DNA of 64,000 nucleotides from an uncultured Acidobacteriota bacterium (GTDB lineage: Bacteria; Acidobacteriota; Vicinamibacteria; Vicinamibacterales; 2-12-FULL-66-21). The notes beneath the pieces are model-generated. The model saw only the letters and a list, made by a program, of their open reading frames with translations, was not told the origin of the DNA and made no database searches. The first letter of the stretch is position 1. Each line of letters begins with the position of its first letter. The stretch lies in contig CAVVOD010000003.1 in NCBI GenBank assembly GCA_963749835.1, positions 257,045 through 321,044 on the forward strand, given 5' to 3'. A program made the translations under genes and the position numbers. This document shows, one piece after another, positions 37,336 to 46,141 of this stretch.

Positions 37336-38211
37336 TCACGAGCCCAGTTTCTTGTACAGGATGTTCCGGTATTCGATCTTGAACGGCGGTCCGACGTGCA
37401 TCTGAAAGCCAAGCAGGCCTTCGGGCACGAAGTTCTTCACGTCCTCGTCAATCGTCATGCCCATCAGCTGACCGTTGATGATCTGTATCAGCACGGGGCC
37501 GCGGGCGATGATGTGATAGCGGTTCCAGCCGTTGATGTTCACGACACCCTTGAGCAGCGTGCCGTCGGCAATCGTCGCCAGCGTCTTGTACTTCGGACCG
37601 TCCGAAATGCGTGTCACCATCCCGCGCTTTGCCAGGACGACGTGTCCCGGCTTCCGTCCGCGCTCCTCGTGCACGTTGCCCAGATACTGACCCGAGAAGT
37701 CGATGTCTGCCTGGTAGCCTTTCAGAACCCACTTGCCGGCGTCCGGCAGCTCGATGCTCCGATACTGGATGCCGCTGTTCGTGCCGCTCAGCCTGAACTC
37801 CACCTTCAGCTCGAAGTCCTTGACCGTTCCGCCGCGCCAGATCAGGAAGCTGTTGGTCTTGACCACTTTCTCCGGCGTGGTCTCGCCGACGATCTCGCCG
37901 TTTTCGGCCCGCCAGAACGTCATGTCCCCGTCCCAGCCCGTGAGCGACTTGCCGTCGAAGATCGGCACGAACCCCGCGTCATCGTCCGGCTCATAGGTGG
38001 GGTAAATGCCGCCGCCCGCCTGAGGGGTTGAGCCCTGCGTCCCCGCTGCCGGTGGCGCACCCGGGGCGGTCTGCGCTCCCTGCCCCGCCGGGGCCTGCGG
38101 CGCGCCTTCCGCGCTCAATCCGACAACGGTGAGGGCCGCAACCAGAATGGCGAATCCGTGCCGGCTGCTACGCCAGGCGCCTGTTCGATGCTGCATGTTG
38201 TCTCCGTTCAT
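37336..38211 (-). CDS. DUF1080 (3-keto-disaccharide hydrolase family) protein, exported
   Basis: 291 aa with a signal peptide and a Pro/Ala/Gly-rich linker. Contains [51 protein letters not shown] and [22 protein letters not shown]. Confidence 0.85.
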   Translation of the reverse strand: MNGDNMQHRTGAWRSSRHGFAILVAALTVVGLSAEGAPQAPAGQGAQTAPGAPPAAGTQGSTPQAGGGIYPTYEPDDDAGFVPIFDGKSLTGWDGDMTFWRAENGEIVGETTPEKVVKTNSFLIWRGGTVKDFELKVEFRLSGTNSGIQYRSIELPDAGKWVLKGYQADIDFSGQYLGNVHEERGRKPGHVVLAKRGMVTRISDGPKYKTLATIADGTLLKGVVNINGWNRYHIIARGPVLIQIINGQLMGMTIDEDVKNFVPEGLLGFQMHVGPPFKIEYRNILYKKLGS

Positions 38212-38264
38212 CGCACACCCTGGCCCGCCTTCGCCGCCAAGCGGCTACAGCCTGGCGCGCCGCT

Positions 38265-38328
38265 GGCACCTTGGCACCTTGGCACTCTGGCACCGTGGCA
38301 CCTTGGCACCCTGGCACTTCGGCGCCCT
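38265..38328. repeat. Octamer tandem repeat GGCACCTT x8
   Basis: ggcacctt ggcacctt ggcactct ggcaccgt ggcacctt ggcaccct ggcacttc ggcgccct. It lies in the divergent region between DUF1080 (start 38211) and xylA. Confidence 0.9.
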
Positions 38329-38373
38329 GTCTGATTGCGCGCAGTCCGCGTCCCCGAGTAATCTAGCGCGTTC

Positions 38374-39616
38374 GTGGCGCTGCATGATACCGCAGCTAAA
38401 CCGTTGCACGGGGCTGAGGCGCATGGCCCCGCAGGAGACCTCGTCCGATGTCCGACCAGGTACACCCCTCGTCCTGAGCACAAGTTCTCATTCGGCCTGT
38501 GGACCGTCAGCAACCGCGGCCGGGATCCGTTCGGTGAAGCGGTGAGGCCGGCTCTTCCGCCCGTTGATGCGGTCGCGATGCTGGGAGAGGTCGGCGCGTG
38601 GGGCGTCAACCTTCACGACAACGACCTGGTGCCCATCGACGCCACGCCGTCCGAGCGCGATCAGATCGTGAAGGACTTCCAGGCCGCCTGCGCGCGCCAC
38701 AACGTCGTCGTGCCGATGGCCACGGTGAATCTTTTTTACGATCCCGCGTTCAGGGACGGCGCCTTCACGGCCAACGATCCGGCCGTGCGCGCGTACGCGA
38801 TCCAGAAGACGATGCGCGCGATGGATCTGGGAGCCGAGCTCGGTGCCAAGACGTTCGTGCTCTGGGGAGGACGCGAAGGGGTGGAGACGGATGCGTGCCG
38901 GCGTCCGGACGAAGCGGTGAAGCGGCTGCGGGAAGCGATCAATTACCTGGTCCGGTACTCGCTCGACAAGAAGTACGGATTCCGCTTCGCGATGGAAGCC
39001 AAGCCGAACGAGCCGCGCGGGGACATCTACATGGCGACGACCGGCGCATATCTGGGACTCATTCCCACGCTCGAGCACCCGGAGCTCGTCGGGGTCAATC
39101 CGGAAGTGGCCCACGAAACCATGGCCGGCTTGAACTTCCTCCACGCCGTCGCACAGGCGCACGAGGCCGGCAAGCTCTTTCACATCGATCTGAACGACCA
39201 GGCGCCGGGCCGCTACGATCAGGACTACCGCTTCGGATCGACCAACATCAAGTGCGCCTTCTTCCTCGTCAAGTTCCTCGAGGAGGTGGGATACGACGGC
39301 CCGCAGGCACTTCGACGCGCACGCCTATCGCACGGAGGACTACGACGGCGTCCGTGATTTCGCCCGCGGCTGCATGCGGACGTATCTGATCCTCAAGGAG
39401 CGTGCGGAGCGCTGGGGCGCGGACGCGGAGATCCAGGCCATGGTCAAAGACCTTGGGAAAGCGTCCGCCAGCGTTCCGCCGATGACGGAATACTCGACGA
39501 AAGCAGGCGACGGCCTCCTCGAGCACACGTTCGACAGAGCCGCCCTCGCCAGCCGCGGGCTCGGCTACGAGCGGCTCGACCAGCTGACGATGGAAGTGAT
39601 CCTGGGAGCGCGGTAG
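38374..39616 (+). pseudogene. Xylose isomerase (short, actinobacterial-type class I) with a 1-nt frameshift near codon ~310
   Basis: Track ORF 38374..39357 reads [25 protein letters not shown]..., [26 protein letters not shown]. The C-terminus continues in ORF 39374..39616 (RTYLILKERAERW...). Reading [23 protein letters not shown] requires dropping one base at 39301-39307. The start is also unclear: ATG 38448 (MSDQ) is out of frame by one base with YTPRPEHKF. Confidence 0.8.
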
Positions 39617-39618
39617 AC

Positions 39619-39798
39619 ATCAGCCGTCAGCAATCGGCTCTCAGCTATCAGCTATCAGCACGGACTGAAGGTTAAGAGCAGAAACCTGAGACCTTGTATT
39701 GCCAGTTTCCAGTAGCCAGTTTCCAGTGGCCGGCCGGGGACTGGGAACCGATGACTGGCAACTGGGAACTGAACTGACCACTGAGAGCTGAGAGCTGA
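39619..39798. repeat. Composite intergenic repeat block: TCAGCTA heptamers, a CCAGTTT/ACTGGGA inverted arm pair, GAGAGCT heptamers
   Basis: atcagccgtcagcaatcggctctcagctatcagctatcagca ... gccagtttccagtagccagtttccagtggccggccggggactgggaaccgatgactggcaactgggaactgaactgaccactgagagctgagagctga. It fills the xylA-xylB gap from 3 nt after the stop to 5 nt before the ATG. Confidence 0.75.
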
Positions 39799-39802
39799 AT
39801 TT

Positions 39803-41297
39803 ATGCCCGTCCTAGGAATCGACGTTGGAACGACCGGCTCGCGTGCGCTGCTGCTCGGTGAAGACGGACGCCTGATCGCGTCGACGACGGCGGACCATGC
39901 GCCGTTCCGGTCGCCGCAGGCGGCATGGGCCGAACAGGATCCGGACGACTGGTGGCGCGCGTCGCAGGAGGCGGTCCGTTCGCTGCTGACGCGGACCGGC
40001 ATCTCCCCCAAGGCGATCTCCGCCGTTGGCCTCTCGGGGCAGATGCACGGCGCGGTGCTGCTCGACGATGGCGGCAGGGTGCTGCGGCCGGCGATCATCT
40101 GGTGCGACCAGCGCACCGAGCAGGAGTGCCGGTGGCTCGATGGGCATGTCGGTCCGGCGCGCCTCCTGGAGCTCACCGCCAATCCGGCGCTCACCAACTT
40201 CACGCTCACGAAACTGCTCTGGGTCCGCACCCACGAACCGACGATCTGGAGCCGCGTGAAGCACGTGCTCCTCCCGAAGGATTACATCCGGTATCGACTG
40301 AGCGGCGAGTTCGCGATCGATGTCGCGGATGCCTCCGGAACGCTCATGCTCGACGTCGTCCGCCGCCGCTGGTCGCAGGACATGATGGAGATCGTCGGCA
40401 TCGATGCCGGTGTGCTGCCGGCGCTCTTCGAGTCGCCGGAAGTGTGCGCGCGCGTATCGGAGCAGGGGTCTGCATCGACGGGAATCCCCGCCGGCACACC
40501 TGTCGTCGCGGGTGCGGGTGACCAGGCCGCCGGCGCCGTGGGCATGGGAATCACGCGTCCCGGCACCGTGAGCGCGACCCTGGGAACATCAGGCGTGGTC
40601 TTCGCGGCTACCGACCGGCCCTTCCTGGATCCCGGTGGCCGCCTCCATACGTTCTGCCACGCGATCCCCGATCGATGGCACGTCATGGGGGTCACGCAGG
40701 CGGCGGGGTCTGTCGCTCCGGTGGCTGCGCGATCAGTACGGACTGTCGGAGGCGGGCGATCGCGCGTACGAATCCATGGTGACGGAGGCCTCCGGCGTCG
40801 CGCCCGGAGCCGAGAATGTCCTGTGGGCGCCGTATCTCATGGGTGAGCGCACGCCACACCGGGATCCGAACGTCCGCGCCGCGTTGCTGGGGCTCGCCGC
40901 CAGCCACACGCGCGGACACGTCGTCCGCGCCGTGATGGAAGGCGTGGCGTTCAGCCTGCGCGACTCGTTCACGATTTTTGCGGAGCTCGGCCTGCCGGTG
41001 GAGAAAGTCCGGGTCGGCGGTGGCGGCGCCCGCTCTGACGTGTGGCGTCAGATACAGGCGGACGCCTATGGGATGAGCGTCGAAACAGTCGAGACCGAGG
41101 AGGGAGCTGGATATGGCGCGGCGCTGCTGGCCGGTGTCGGCGCCGGGTACTGGAAATCCGTGGACGAGGCGTGCGATGCCGTCGTCCATACAGCACAGGT
41201 GACGCCCGCCCGGGCGGACGTCGTCCCGGTCATGAGCGACCGCTACGCCCAGTATCGGCGGGTCTATCCGGCCCTTCGGACGATCTACAACCCCTGA
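39803..41297 (+). pseudogene. Xylulokinase (FGGY family) with a 1-nt frameshift at about 40707-40712
   Basis: Track ORF 39803..40846 reads MPVLGIDVGTTGSRALL..., GLSGQMHGAVLLD. It continues in ORF 40635..41297 from SLRWLRDQYGLSE... through PYLMGERTPHRDPN and VGGGARSDVWRQIQADAYG. Confidence 0.8.
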
Positions 41298-41383
41298 AGA
41301 ATCGACCCCGGCAGGAGTCCTGCCGTTTTATCGCCTGTTTTCGGACTTCCTGGTCTCCTTTATTCAGCCGCGGACGTTGCGGC

Positions 41384-42034
41384 ATGCGGGGGATTCGTTT
41401 TATGATCCCCCTCATGGCTACCTTCAAAGTTCCTCGCTGGATTAACCAATCCGTTATCGGTATCTCGGTCGTGGTCACGCTGACGGCGGTATTCGGCGCG
41501 GGTATGCCACCTGATGTCGACCAGAATGCGGCGCCGCCCGCGGCGGCTGCGAAAGACGGGCTGTGCCCGGCTGGATTCACTGGCTCGCCGGAGACGAAGT
41601 GCGTCGATGTCAACGAGTGCGCGGTCCGCAATGGCGGATGCAACAAGCTCGCGGCGTGCGTCAATACTCCTGGTTCGAGAACATGCGGTGGGTGCCCGGA
41701 GGATTTTGCGGGTAACGGGTATGTGGGGTGCTTCGATGCGAACGAATGCCCCAACGGGGACTGCACCAGCCGTCTGCCGATCGGGTTCGAGACCGCGGAG
41801 CCTCCGACGGTGACGACGTCGGGAGACGTGACCGTCGCTTCGACCTCGGCCACCGGAGGTGTCGCCACGTTCACCGCGACGGCAGAGGACAAGGTCGATG
41901 GCAAGCTATCGGCGTCCTGCTCGCCGGCATCAGGATCGACGTTCCCCGTCGGGAAGACGACCGTCAGCTGCTGGGCCACCAACAGCCTCGGCAAGCTGAA
42001 GACCGCATCGCTGGCGGTCACGGTGACGAAGTAG
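41384..42034 (+). CDS. Small secreted protein with a calcium-binding EGF-like module and a C-terminal HYR (hyalin repeat)-like Ig domain
   Basis: The start is uncertain (ATG 41384, 41402 or 41414) and there is a hydrophobic anchor INQSVIGISVVVTLTAVFGAG. cbEGF-like segment: CVDVNECAVRNGGCNKLAACVNTPGSRTCGGC. HYR-like segment: GGVATFTATAEDKVDGKLSASCSPASGSTFPVGKTTVSCWATNSLGK. Confidence 0.65.
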   Translation: MRGIRFMIPLMATFKVPRWINQSVIGISVVVTLTAVFGAGMPPDVDQNAAPPAAAAKDGLCPAGFTGSPETKCVDVNECAVRNGGCNKLAACVNTPGSRTCGGCPEDFAGNGYVGCFDANECPNGDCTSRLPIGFETAEPPTVTTSGDVTVASTSATGGVATFTATAEDKVDGKLSASCSPASGSTFPVGKTTVSCWATNSLGKLKTASLAVTVTK

Positions 42035-42047
42035 CGCTGCGCGCGTC

Positions 42048-42136
42048 GGGATCAGGGATCAGGGATCAAAATCGTGGGTTCTTCAGAATCCCAATCCCCA
42101 ATCCCGAGCCCCGAATCCCGAGTCCCGAATCCCGAT
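42048..42136. repeat. GGGATCA x3 followed by an AATCCC/GAATCCCGA C-tract array (inverted arrangement) between convergent genes
   Basis: gggatcagggatcagggatca aaatcgtgggttcttcag aatcccaatccccaatcccgagccccgaatcccgagtcccgaatcccga. Confidence 0.8.
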
Positions 42137-42159
42137 ACGCGTGCCGAAGGCGAGCTCCG

Positions 42160-43269
42160 CTATGCGAGCATCTCCTTGGAGATCTGCAGGCACTTCGCCA
42201 CTTCGACGATCGGGTCCCCCGGATACTCGAACTCCACGTTCCCGGGAATGTCCCACTTGTTCTGCTGAAGCAGCTTCAATACCGGCTTGATCGGCGTGTC
42301 TCCCTCGCCCCACGGCACGTTCGCGCCGTGATTCTTCTTCCGATCCTTGAGGTGCAGGTGCGTGATCCGGGCGTGATGCTCCTGGATGTACGGCACCGGG
42401 TCGAAGTTCGCGGCCGTGAAGTGGCCGATATCCAGATTGATCGCGTGGTACTTGGAGGCCGCAAGAATCGTCGCGAAGCTCTCGGGCGTCGCGGTCTCGT
42501 CCGGGTTGTCCAGGTTGTCGTGGCCGTGGAAGGCAAGCAGGATCTTGTGCTTGTCGGCAAACGGCGCGGTCCGCTTCGCCATGCTTACCTGGGTCGAGGT
42601 CGAGATCGCCTTCACACCCAGCGCCCCCGCCATCATGAACGCGTACTCGATCTCATCGTCTTTGGTGTTCTTGACGTTCATGTTGAAGCAGAGGATCCGC
42701 AGGTCGATGCCGGCGTCGGTGATCTTCTTCTTCACCGGCGCGAACGTTGCGGCCGTCGCGGCCATCCGCCACTTGCGGAGGGCCTCAGCGCGAGCGTCAG
42801 CTTCTGCCTGTTCCTCCGGCGTCAGCACCCGTCGTCCGCCGCCCTGCCGTCCGGCAGGTGCGGGCCCTGCTGGAGCGGCACCCGCAGCTGGAGCCGGTGT
42901 CCCGCCAGAGGCCGCAGTGGGAGGCGCAGCTGCGGGAGGTGCCGGGGGCGACCCGCCGGCAGTTCCACGACCGCGGCCGCCTGCCGGCGCCATCGGGATC
43001 GGGGCGCCTGCCAGCATCTCGGCGTGGTTCGACATCAACTCCATTTCGCTCAGCCCGATCGTCACATAGGCGGTGATGATGTCCGCGGGGTTGGGGATCG
43101 AGCGGAAGCTGTAGGTGATTGCGCCGATCTGTACGCCGTTGATCTTCGAATCGATCGGCCCGAAGGCCTTCAGGTTGCCGAGAGCGAGCGTCACCGGCAG
43201 CCCGGCGAGCGCGAGTTTGCCGAAGTCTCTGCGTGAGTACAGAAATTCATCCCTGTCGCTGATGGCCAT
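42160..43269 (-). CDS. TAT-exported xylose-isomerase-like TIM-barrel protein with a ~70-aa GGRG/Pro-Ala insert
   Basis: 369 aa. Twin-arginine N-terminus YSRRDFGKLALAGLPVTLALG. Insert: APAGGRGRGTAGGSPPAPPAAAPPTAASGGTPAPAAGAAPAGPAPAGRQGGGRR. The C-terminal barrel (AFHGHDNLDNPDE, HLHLKDRKKNHGANVPWGEGDTP) has an architecture paralogous to 24666..25872. Confidence 0.8.
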   Translation of the reverse strand: MAISDRDEFLYSRRDFGKLALAGLPVTLALGNLKAFGPIDSKINGVQIGAITYSFRSIPNPADIITAYVTIGLSEMELMSNHAEMLAGAPIPMAPAGGRGRGTAGGSPPAPPAAAPPTAASGGTPAPAAGAAPAGPAPAGRQGGGRRVLTPEEQAEADARAEALRKWRMAATAATFAPVKKKITDAGIDLRILCFNMNVKNTKDDEIEYAFMMAGALGVKAISTSTQVSMAKRTAPFADKHKILLAFHGHDNLDNPDETATPESFATILAASKYHAINLDIGHFTAANFDPVPYIQEHHARITHLHLKDRKKNHGANVPWGEGDTPIKPVLKLLQQNKWDIPGNVEFEYPGDPIVEVAKCLQISKEMLA

Positions 43270-43379
43270 GCCTGCCTTCTCCTGATCTGAAACGAGTGCG
43301 AACGGCGTGCGCAGTCCGGGCGTACCCCGCGCTCCAGACTGCGGATGTTAACACTTCGGACCTCGGCGAGCGCCGTGGC

Positions 43380-44012
43380 TCATCCCTCGGCTCTTCGCCG
43401 GCCAAGCCACATCTTCCCTGCGAGAATCGCCAGACCTGGCAGCGCCAGCGCTCCGGCAAACGTCAGCAGGAACGATCCGGCCTGCATGGAAAACGCGCCG
43501 ACCGCCGAGTACGCGAACGCGATACCGAGATCCGCGAGGGCGGTGAGCCACAGGAAAGGCACGAGCGGGCTTCTCACGAGCCCCGCAAAGACCACGCTCG
43601 ATTCTGCCAGGACAGGAATCGGCCGGCAGATGACGATGGCGAAGAGCCCGTAGCGGTCCATGATCTTCCCGGCGCGCGACAGTCCCTCGGCCCCCACGAG
43701 CCGCCGCGCCGGCACTGCCGAGTACGCGCCGAACACATAGCCGATCAGGCATCCGAGCGTCATGCCGATCCAGACAACTGCCGCCCCCCACCAGAATCCC
43801 AGCAGTACACCGGCACCGGTGGAGACAATGCTCGACGGCACCGGGAGGAAGACGTCGAGCGCGAGCAGCGCGAGAATCGCCGCGGCTGTCGCCCAGCCGG
43901 ACGCGTTCCCCTGAGCCAGCCATGTGGAGAGCTGCTCGAACTGTTTCTCGAACACGAGAAACGGCACGAGGACGATGCCGATGAGAATTGTCCACAGAAT
44001 GGCCCAGCGCAA
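43380..44012 (-). CDS. VTT-domain (DedA / TVP38-TMEM64 family) membrane protein
   Basis: 210 aa, polytopic. Contains ALDVFLPVPSSIVSTGAGVLLGFWWG. Confidence 0.7.
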   Translation of the reverse strand: MRWAILWTILIGIVLVPFLVFEKQFEQLSTWLAQGNASGWATAAAILALLALDVFLPVPSSIVSTGAGVLLGFWWGAAVVWIGMTLGCLIGYVFGAYSAVPARRLVGAEGLSRAGKIMDRYGLFAIVICRPIPVLAESSVVFAGLVRSPLVPFLWLTALADLGIAFAYSAVGAFSMQAGSFLLTFAGALALPGLAILAGKMWLGRRRAEG

Positions 44013-44065
44013 GACTCACCTCTACCCTGACGATGGACGGGGATCGCAAACGTGAAGCCGCTCTG

Positions 44066-46141
44066 TCAGAAATCGAATCGATCGATATTCGTCTTGGTGA
44101 ACATCGTGGGCGCGCCGAGCACGATCTCGGTGCCGCGGATCTGGATCTTTCCGAGCCGGCCGGCGTCGATCGACGTGGTGCCCTGGGGAATCTTGTTCTG
44201 CGCGACGAGCGACCCCGCAAGGACGGCGAGGTAACCGAGGTCTCGTGTGTTCCAGAGGACGACCGTCTGGACCCAGCCGTCGTGCACGTACGGCTTGTTG
44301 ATGTTCGGCAGCGAAAGGCCGATGACGTTGACGTCGCGCCGGTTCGCCTGGCGCACCGCTTCCGCGGCCCCAGGCACGGCAGGCGCCGAGATCGCCATCA
44401 CCAGCCTGACCGCCGGAAAGACGCGCATGATCGTCTGCGTCTCGGCGAACGCCTTGTCCCGATCGTCGTCGCTCGGACGCACGGTGGCGAGCTTCAGGTT
44501 CGGGTATTTCTCCGCCAGGCGCTTCTTGATGAACGCAATCCACTCGTTCTGGTTTGCCGCGCTCAATGCCCCGGTGATGATCGCGAACTCACCCTTGCTG
44601 CCGAGAAGCCGGGCGGCCTCGTCCGTCAGGGTGTTCCCGATGCCTTCTGACGTCGCCTGGTTGACGAAATAGTCGCGTGCATCCGGCTCGGCATCGGCGT
44701 CCCAGGTGATGACGTGGATCCCGCGCTCCCGGGCTTTGCGGAGCACGCTCGAGAGGCCACCGCGGTTCTCGACCGCCACGGCAATCACGTCCACCTTTCT
44801 CGTGATCCAGTTCTCGACCAGCTCGTTCTGTTTCGCGGCATCGAGGCTCGTCGGTCCGTCCCAGATCAGGTCCACCCCAAGCTCCTTCGCCGCCTCCTCT
44901 GCGCCTGCACGGCAGCTGACGAAATAGGGGTCCCCTTTCGCCTTCGGCATGACCGCGATCACCAGGCGTTTCGCGGCCGGCACGGGGCCGGGCGCGGCGG
45001 TGTCTGCCGGCCTGCTCGCAGCGGGAGACAATGACCGCACCAGCCAGACATTCGTCGCGGCCACGATCAGCGACCCGGCGACGATCGCTCCGCACAACAC
45101 GGCAACCTGACTGTTCCTCACGGGCATGTCCTCTGGGTCAACGGCCAGCGTATCCGCTTCCGGTGTCGAATATACCTTGGGGGCGTGCCGCGCGCGGCTG
45201 CGCAGCCGGTCGATCGCGATCGTCGCGACGAGCAGCGTGCCGGTCAGGACGCCGGTCAGCTCGGAGGGTAGCGCCGCGAGATGCAGCCCGTTTCGCAGCA
45301 CCGACAACGCGAACAGCCCGATGAGCGTGCCCCACAGCGTGCCTCTCCCGCCGAACACGGACGTACCGCCGAGGACCACAGCGGTGATGGCGTCCAGTTC
45401 GTAGCCGGTCCCCGCGTCCGACTTTGCCTGGCCCATGTGCGCGACATACACGATGGCGGCGACGCTCGAGACGAGCCCGGCGAGCACATACGCGAGCGCC
45501 ACGCGCCGCGGAACCGGAATCCCGGCGTAACGCGCGCCAGCCGCGCCGAAGCCGATCGCATACCAGGCGCGTCCGATGACCGAGCGATGGAGGAGCACGG
45601 CGTAGACCGCCAGCACAATCGCGAACAGCGGCAGCTGCGCCGGAATCACGCCCCAGAGATATCCCTGTCCGAGTGAAACGAAGCGCGCCGGAAAGCCCGT
45701 GTAGTTGACGGCGCCCTGCGTGAGCCCCTCGGCAATGCCGCGAAAGAGTGAAAACGTTCCAAGCGTGACGATGATCGGGGGGATGTTCAGTCGCGCGATG
45801 AGGACGGCGTTCAAGCCTCCGCCGGCGCATCCCGCGAGCATCGCCAGCGCCGCGGCTCCCGCGATCGGCACGTGCCAGTCCTGGGCGGCCGCTCCAAACA
45901 CCACGGCCGCAAGCCCCATCATCGACCCGACCGACAGATCGATGCCGCCGCTGATGATGACGGGCGTCAGGGCAATCGCCAGCAGTCCGAGCTCGACGCT
46001 CAGGCGCGTGATTTCGAAAAAGTTGCCGAGCGTGAGAAAGTTCCGCGCGATCACCGAGAAGAGCGCGATCTCGGCGAGGAGCGCCAGCAGCACGATCCAT
46101 TCGCCGTTCGGAAACCAGCGCGTCCGCCAGTCGCGGATCAT
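44066..46141 (-). CDS. Sugar ABC transporter permease (RbsC/LsrC-like) in one uninterrupted frame with an LsrB/RhaS-like periplasmic sugar-binding domain
   Basis: 691-aa ORF. Residues 1-~315 are a polytopic permease (TPVIISGGIDLSVGSMMGLAAV). From the internal ATG at complement 45127 the sequence is MPVRNSQVAVLCGAIVAGSLIVAATNVW (signal-anchor-like), then an SBP (VIAVMPKAKGDPYFVSCRAGAEEAAKELGVDLIWDGPTSLDAAKQNELVENWI). No stop separates the two parts. Confidence 0.75.
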   Translation of the reverse strand: MIRDWRTRWFPNGEWIVLLALLAEIALFSVIARNFLTLGNFFEITRLSVELGLLAIALTPVIISGGIDLSVGSMMGLAAVVFGAAAQDWHVPIAGAAALAMLAGCAGGGLNAVLIARLNIPPIIVTLGTFSLFRGIAEGLTQGAVNYTGFPARFVSLGQGYLWGVIPAQLPLFAIVLAVYAVLLHRSVIGRAWYAIGFGAAGARYAGIPVPRRVALAYVLAGLVSSVAAIVYVAHMGQAKSDAGTGYELDAITAVVLGGTSVFGGRGTLWGTLIGLFALSVLRNGLHLAALPSELTGVLTGTLLVATIAIDRLRSRARHAPKVYSTPEADTLAVDPEDMPVRNSQVAVLCGAIVAGSLIVAATNVWLVRSLSPAASRPADTAAPGPVPAAKRLVIAVMPKAKGDPYFVSCRAGAEEAAKELGVDLIWDGPTSLDAAKQNELVENWITRKVDVIAVAVENRGGLSSVLRKARERGIHVITWDADAEPDARDYFVNQATSEGIGNTLTDEAARLLGSKGEFAIITGALSAANQNEWIAFIKKRLAEKYPNLKLATVRPSDDDRDKAFAETQTIMRVFPAVRLVMAISAPAVPGAAEAVRQANRRDVNVIGLSLPNINKPYVHDGWVQTVVLWNTRDLGYLAVLAGSLVAQNKIPQGTTSIDAGRLGKIQIRGTEIVLGAPTMFTKTNIDRFDF

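Noticed and set aside
38265-38328. TGGCAC motifs in the GGCACCTT array as sigma-54 (-24/-12) promoters
   Set aside because: The -24-like TGGCAC is present. With an 8-nt period, however, the position where the -12 GC (TTGC) should fall, with the GG and GC dinucleotides separated by 10 nt (12 nt start to start), reads CC, not GC. No unit gives TGGCAC-N5-TTGC.
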